Positions 60,253 through 64,000 of a DNA stretch of 64,000 nucleotides are shown here, in pieces. The DNA comes from Chiloscyllium plagiosum (Eukaryota). The stretch's first letter is position 1, and the number at the start of each line of letters is the position of its first letter. Under the pieces are notes generated by a model that made no database searches, was not told the DNA's origin, and saw only the letters and a list, made by a program, of their open reading frames with translations. The stretch lies in contig NC_057754.1 of the NCBI RefSeq assembly GCF_004010195.1, forward strand, positions 10,920,911-10,984,910, given 5' to 3'. The position numbers were made by a program, and so were the translations under genes.

Positions 60253-61446
60253 TGTTATGGAGGAGGCCCAGACCCTCAAACCATTTTAAAGCAGCTATCC
60301 CAGACCGTAACTTTACTATTTATTTCAGGTCAGTGTATAGTGGACCTTCCCAGAGTCAATTGGCTGGTCAAACTGCCGAGATTTAAACAAACAAAACGTA
60401 TTTACAAGATTACGGAATGAATCACAAAGAACAGGAAATAGAATACCGGAGAACATATCCAATCCAAAAACCCGATAGAATATTCCAACTTAATGATGCT
60501 ATTCCGAAGAAACTTGCAACATTGCCCATAAATTGGGCACAAATGTTAAAATGAAACACAGGCCTGCAGGTTTTAAGCCAAAGAGAGAGAGAGAGAGAGG
60601 CAGAGAGAGAACCAGGCTGGACTTGTTTCCAGCGGGGCAAAAGTGAGGACTGCAGGAGCTGGAGATCAGAGTCTAGATTAGAGTGGTGCAGGAAAGTCAC
60701 AGCAGGTCAGGCAGCATCCGAGGAGCAGGAAAATCGACGTTTTGGGCAAAAGCCCTTCATCAGGAATGAAGGACGGAGTCTCCAGGGCGGAGAGATAAAT
60801 GGGAGGGGATGGGGCTGGGGAGAAGGTAGCCAAGAGTACAATAGGTGAATGGAGGTAGGGATGAAGGTGATAGGTCAGAGAGGAGGGTGAAGCAGATAGG
60901 TGGGAAGGAAGATTGGCAGGTAGGAAGAGCTTCAGGGCAGAGGAGATGACCTGGGGGTTGCAGTGAGAGAGAGACTCACTGAGATTCTTGTAGAGAGAGG
61001 AGGAGAATGTCTTCAAGGTAGGCAGCCTTGCAAGAGGTTTCGCAGTAAGGTTAAAATCAACTAGGTAAAAACAATGACTGCAGATGCTGGAGACCAGAGT
61101 CTAGATTAGAGTGGTGCTGGGAAGGCACAGCAGATCAGGCAGCATCCGAGAAGCAGGAAAATCGATGTTTCGGGCAAATGCTTCCAGTAGCCTTTCTTCA
61201 CACACTCCTGCTGAACTAAACCCATGGAGAAACTTTGTTTTCAGAAGTGGTCACTCCCCATTCATTATTCAAGTTTGTTTAGTAAAACATAAAAGCCTCT
61301 GCCTGAGGCAGCATCTGCTAGCTACAAACCAAAAGGTCCTCGATAATCTATTCAAACCCAGTCTATTTGGAACCTGGCCAATTACCCCCTCACTGAAAAA
61401 AAACTCAAGTGCACAGTAACTTTGAGAAAGGACCAGCTTTGTGACA
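60253..61446. mobile_element. Solo LTR (TG...CA) with 4-bp TSD AGGT
   Basis: aggt at 60249-60252 and 61447-61450; removing it restores the CR1 endonuclease sequence. Confidence 0.9.
60635..61180 (-). mobile_element. Non-autonomous Penelope family A derivative with direct terminal repeats
   Basis: ~105-nt repeats at ~60647-60750 and ~61075-61178 around a ~300-nt core with no recognisable protein domain. Confidence 0.8.
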
Positions 61447-63341
61447 AGGTTCCAATCAATATTAGGGAAGGTGAAATTACTTTTCCAAAATGTGCCTCCC
61501 AAACTGCTCCTCCGTATCTCTGTTGCTATTGGGGATTCTGTAGAAAACGTCCAATAAGGTGACTGTTTCTTTCCTGTTTCTGACTTCCACCCATACTGAC
61601 TGAATAGACAAATCCTCCTCGATGAACACCCTTTCTGTAGTTGTGATACGCTCTCTCATTAGGAATGCTACTCCCCCACCTCTTTTACCGCCCTCCCTAT
61701 TCCTTTTCAAGCATATCAATCCCGGAACATCCAACCTCCATTCCTGCCCCTGTGATATCCAAGTCTCCGTAATGGCCAAACATCGTAGCTCTAAGTACTG
61801 ATCCACGCTCTAAGTTCATCACCCTTATTCCTGACACTTCTTGCATTAAAATACACACTTCAACGCATCACACTGACTGTAACTTTGCTCTTATAACTGT
61901 CTATCCTTCTTCACAGACTCTCTGCACGCTATATCTGCCTGTTCATCAGCTACTCCATCCTCTGATTGGCAGTTTCATGTCCCATTCCCATTCGAAACTA
62001 GTTTTAACACTTCTGAAGAGTTCCAGCAAACCTACCGCCCAGGATATCAGTGTCCCTTCAGTTTAAGTGCAACCTGTCCTCTCTGTACAGGAGCCTCCTT
62101 CCCCAAAAGGTATCCCAATTTGGTGATCATAGCTTGAAAATTTCTTTGATGCTTGTATTCATGTGTTTATATTACTTTCGTCCTAAAAAGGTGTTTTTAA
62201 TATCGAAGTGTCCCTGAATTCGAGCTTTCTGTCCAACGTTAACATGGTGCACATTCTGACCTTGTTCGTTCAGGATGTGTTCATTAGATTTCCCTTTTCG
62301 TAAGTTTTTCTCCCCCCATGAATATCAGACAACCTTTAGAGTCATGCTGGGGAACCAAGCAAGTTAAAAATATAAATAACGTAACGCAGGGTCTCAATCA
62401 CTTGTCTTCCTCGCATGCTCGATGTGAGCAATAGCTAACCACCGAACAATCACGATCAGCCACCCAGCAATGCAGAACTGCAATGCTAGTAGTCTCAACT
62501 ATCCTCAATGTGGGAGAAGCCTCCCGTCGACAACACATATCAATTGCTCCTGACTGCTCTACTTTGCTGGTTAGCATTCATTTCAACCATTTTGATTTTA
62601 ACCTTTCGTTGCTCTCAGACTGTCATGATGAAAAAATATTATTGACCGTCCTTGATGCAACCACAATTGTTGGCTATCAGCAATTGCTCTCTTTTATCAT
62701 ATACAAAACCCATCAGTAGATGATAATATAAGCGATAAGTTAAAATTCTTGTCTGCCCAGGTCTTTTCAAAATATTTCCAGAATACTTCATCAGATCATG
62801 TTCATTTTGGGGCTCAGTACGTGGACACTCATCCTACTGTAACTACGAAATTAGTGCAAAGGTCGGACTGTAGAGTCCCGAAATCACTGGAATTGTTTTT
62901 GTGATAAAATTACGTCATTATGACGACTTTATGGGATAAATCATATTCTGCTGCGGCAATAATATCCATGCACTTCGCAATGTTGATTTTTTAAAAGAAA
63001 TCTTGTCACAAAATAAATGCTAATTTCCGCGTTGTGAAATTAAAACAAACGCTATGTTGTTCATCCAGTGCATGATTGAACAACCTAATAAATGACGTTT
63101 CTATAAACGTGCAGTATAATACATTGAATGAAATGTATGAGCACTCCATTCTGCAACCACAATGAGTGCATTTCACCACACCACAGCGTAATAGCATATA
63201 ATGCATAAACATTCTGGAAACCTTTTGATAGCCCCTATATTCAGATAATGTTGATTTTGGAAAAGTTCAGCCCGATTTTGAAAATAAAATATAAGATTTG
63301 TGGAGATTTTCGAAGAAAAATCGTTGGCAACCATTACTTAC

Positions 63342-63411
63342 CCGGAGCACCAACAATAGCAATAATGGGATAGCAAATGGCATAAAAGAGCCCTTTTGGT
63401 GCCCCATGCAT
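63342..63411 (-). CDS. GPR139/GPR142-like GPCR, exon 1
   Basis: ATG at 63411; MHGAPKGLFYAICYPIIAIVGAP + G, donor GTAAGT at 63341. G + CC from exon 2 gives Ala then NLLAIGILSRG, completing TM1. Confidence 0.9.
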
Positions 63412-63615
63412 TGTCTGTTGGAAGCTGGAGGAGTTCCCGACGATATAGAGCAACACCACCAAAAAGTACGATATTTGTTCGAACTGAGAGTCTCCAGAGG
63501 TCCAAGTATTTTGCAACACGCACCTTAGTCACAGCTCGATTAACAGTCACAGTTTCATGATTTCTTTTTGTAATATTAGGAAAGCGAATAATATAATTGT
63601 ACTTTTGAACCAATG

Positions 63616-63838
63616 GGGTCAGTTAACTCAGTTGGCTGGACGATTGGTTAGTGATGCAGAGTGACACCAATACAATTGATCAAATTCCACATTGGCTGAG
63701 GTTACCATGAACGTACATGTTTCTCAATTTCTCCTATTGCCTGAGGGCTGGTGGCCCTTTGGTTAATCTCACCAGCAGTCATTTCTCTCTAACGAGAGGT
63801 GAGCTCTATGATCGTCTTGGACTTTGCAAATCTACCAT
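63616..63838 (+). mobile_element. tRNA-derived SINE (non-HE1), diverged
   Basis: ggggtcagttaactcagttggctgg head; counterpart at 29160-29356. Confidence 0.6.
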
Positions 63839-64000
63839 TAACTGTGAGAATTAAGTGACTGCATCAGTGCCAATATTTGAAGTATGGCAGTTAAGTGTCA
63901 TGTTTCCTGTTGTTCTCAAATATGGAATAAAGGCTGCCGTAAGACCTGCTGCTCCCTGACCAAGAAATGTACTCTCTTGAAAGAGGAATTTTAGGTAGAA

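Larger units (their letters stand above)
57890..62120 (-). mobile_element. Long decayed CR1 LINE (ORF1 end, APE, RT, 3' tail) in the GPCR intron, interrupted by a solo LTR
   Basis: LAITETWISQG, RGGGVAFL, LDLILGN, DKTPEHDRIYPRLL, SVLGSLLFVVFITDLD, KFTDDTEIGG, LVRPHLEYRVQFW. Confidence 0.93.

Noticed and set aside
63412..63519. Longer N-terminal extension of the GPCR from the ORF track
   Set aside because: Begins at a non-ATG codon; the first ATG is at 63411 and gives a coherent TM1.

Overview
Vertebrate, TE-saturated genomic DNA. HE1-type tRNA-derived SINEs, CR1 LINEs and a Deu-domain SINE point to an elasmobranch (shark); this is inferred from repeat content, not from a database search. Two plausibly intact protein-coding genes, both on the minus strand: a two-exon GPR139/GPR142-like class A GPCR (exon 1 63342-63411, exon 2 52507-53408, 323 aa, splice phases match) and a 7-finger C2H2 zinc-finger gene with no visible KRAB domain (37741-38466), with a likely CpG promoter at ~42.5-43.0 kb. 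Around them are at least three decayed ZNF paralogues, a second paralogous promoter module, two tRNA pseudogenes (Trp-CCA, Glu-TTC), a decayed retroviral gag-pro-pol, an LTR followed by a perfect tRNA-Gln primer-binding site, solo LTRs, Rex1 and L2-like LINEs, and a 129-nt assembly gap. The most interesting signals: (1) four sequence families of Penelope-like terminal repeats carrying minimal hammerhead-ribozyme motifs with covarying stems, often inserted as inverted repeats with 12-14 bp target-site duplications, plus one retrozyme-like direct-repeat copy; (2) a pile-up of an unclassified poly(A)-tailed, hairpin-ended retroposon at one CTGTTT-type target (44.1-45.3 kb). TE boundaries were read by eye and are approximate. 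No ribozyme activity or expression can be shown from sequence alone.
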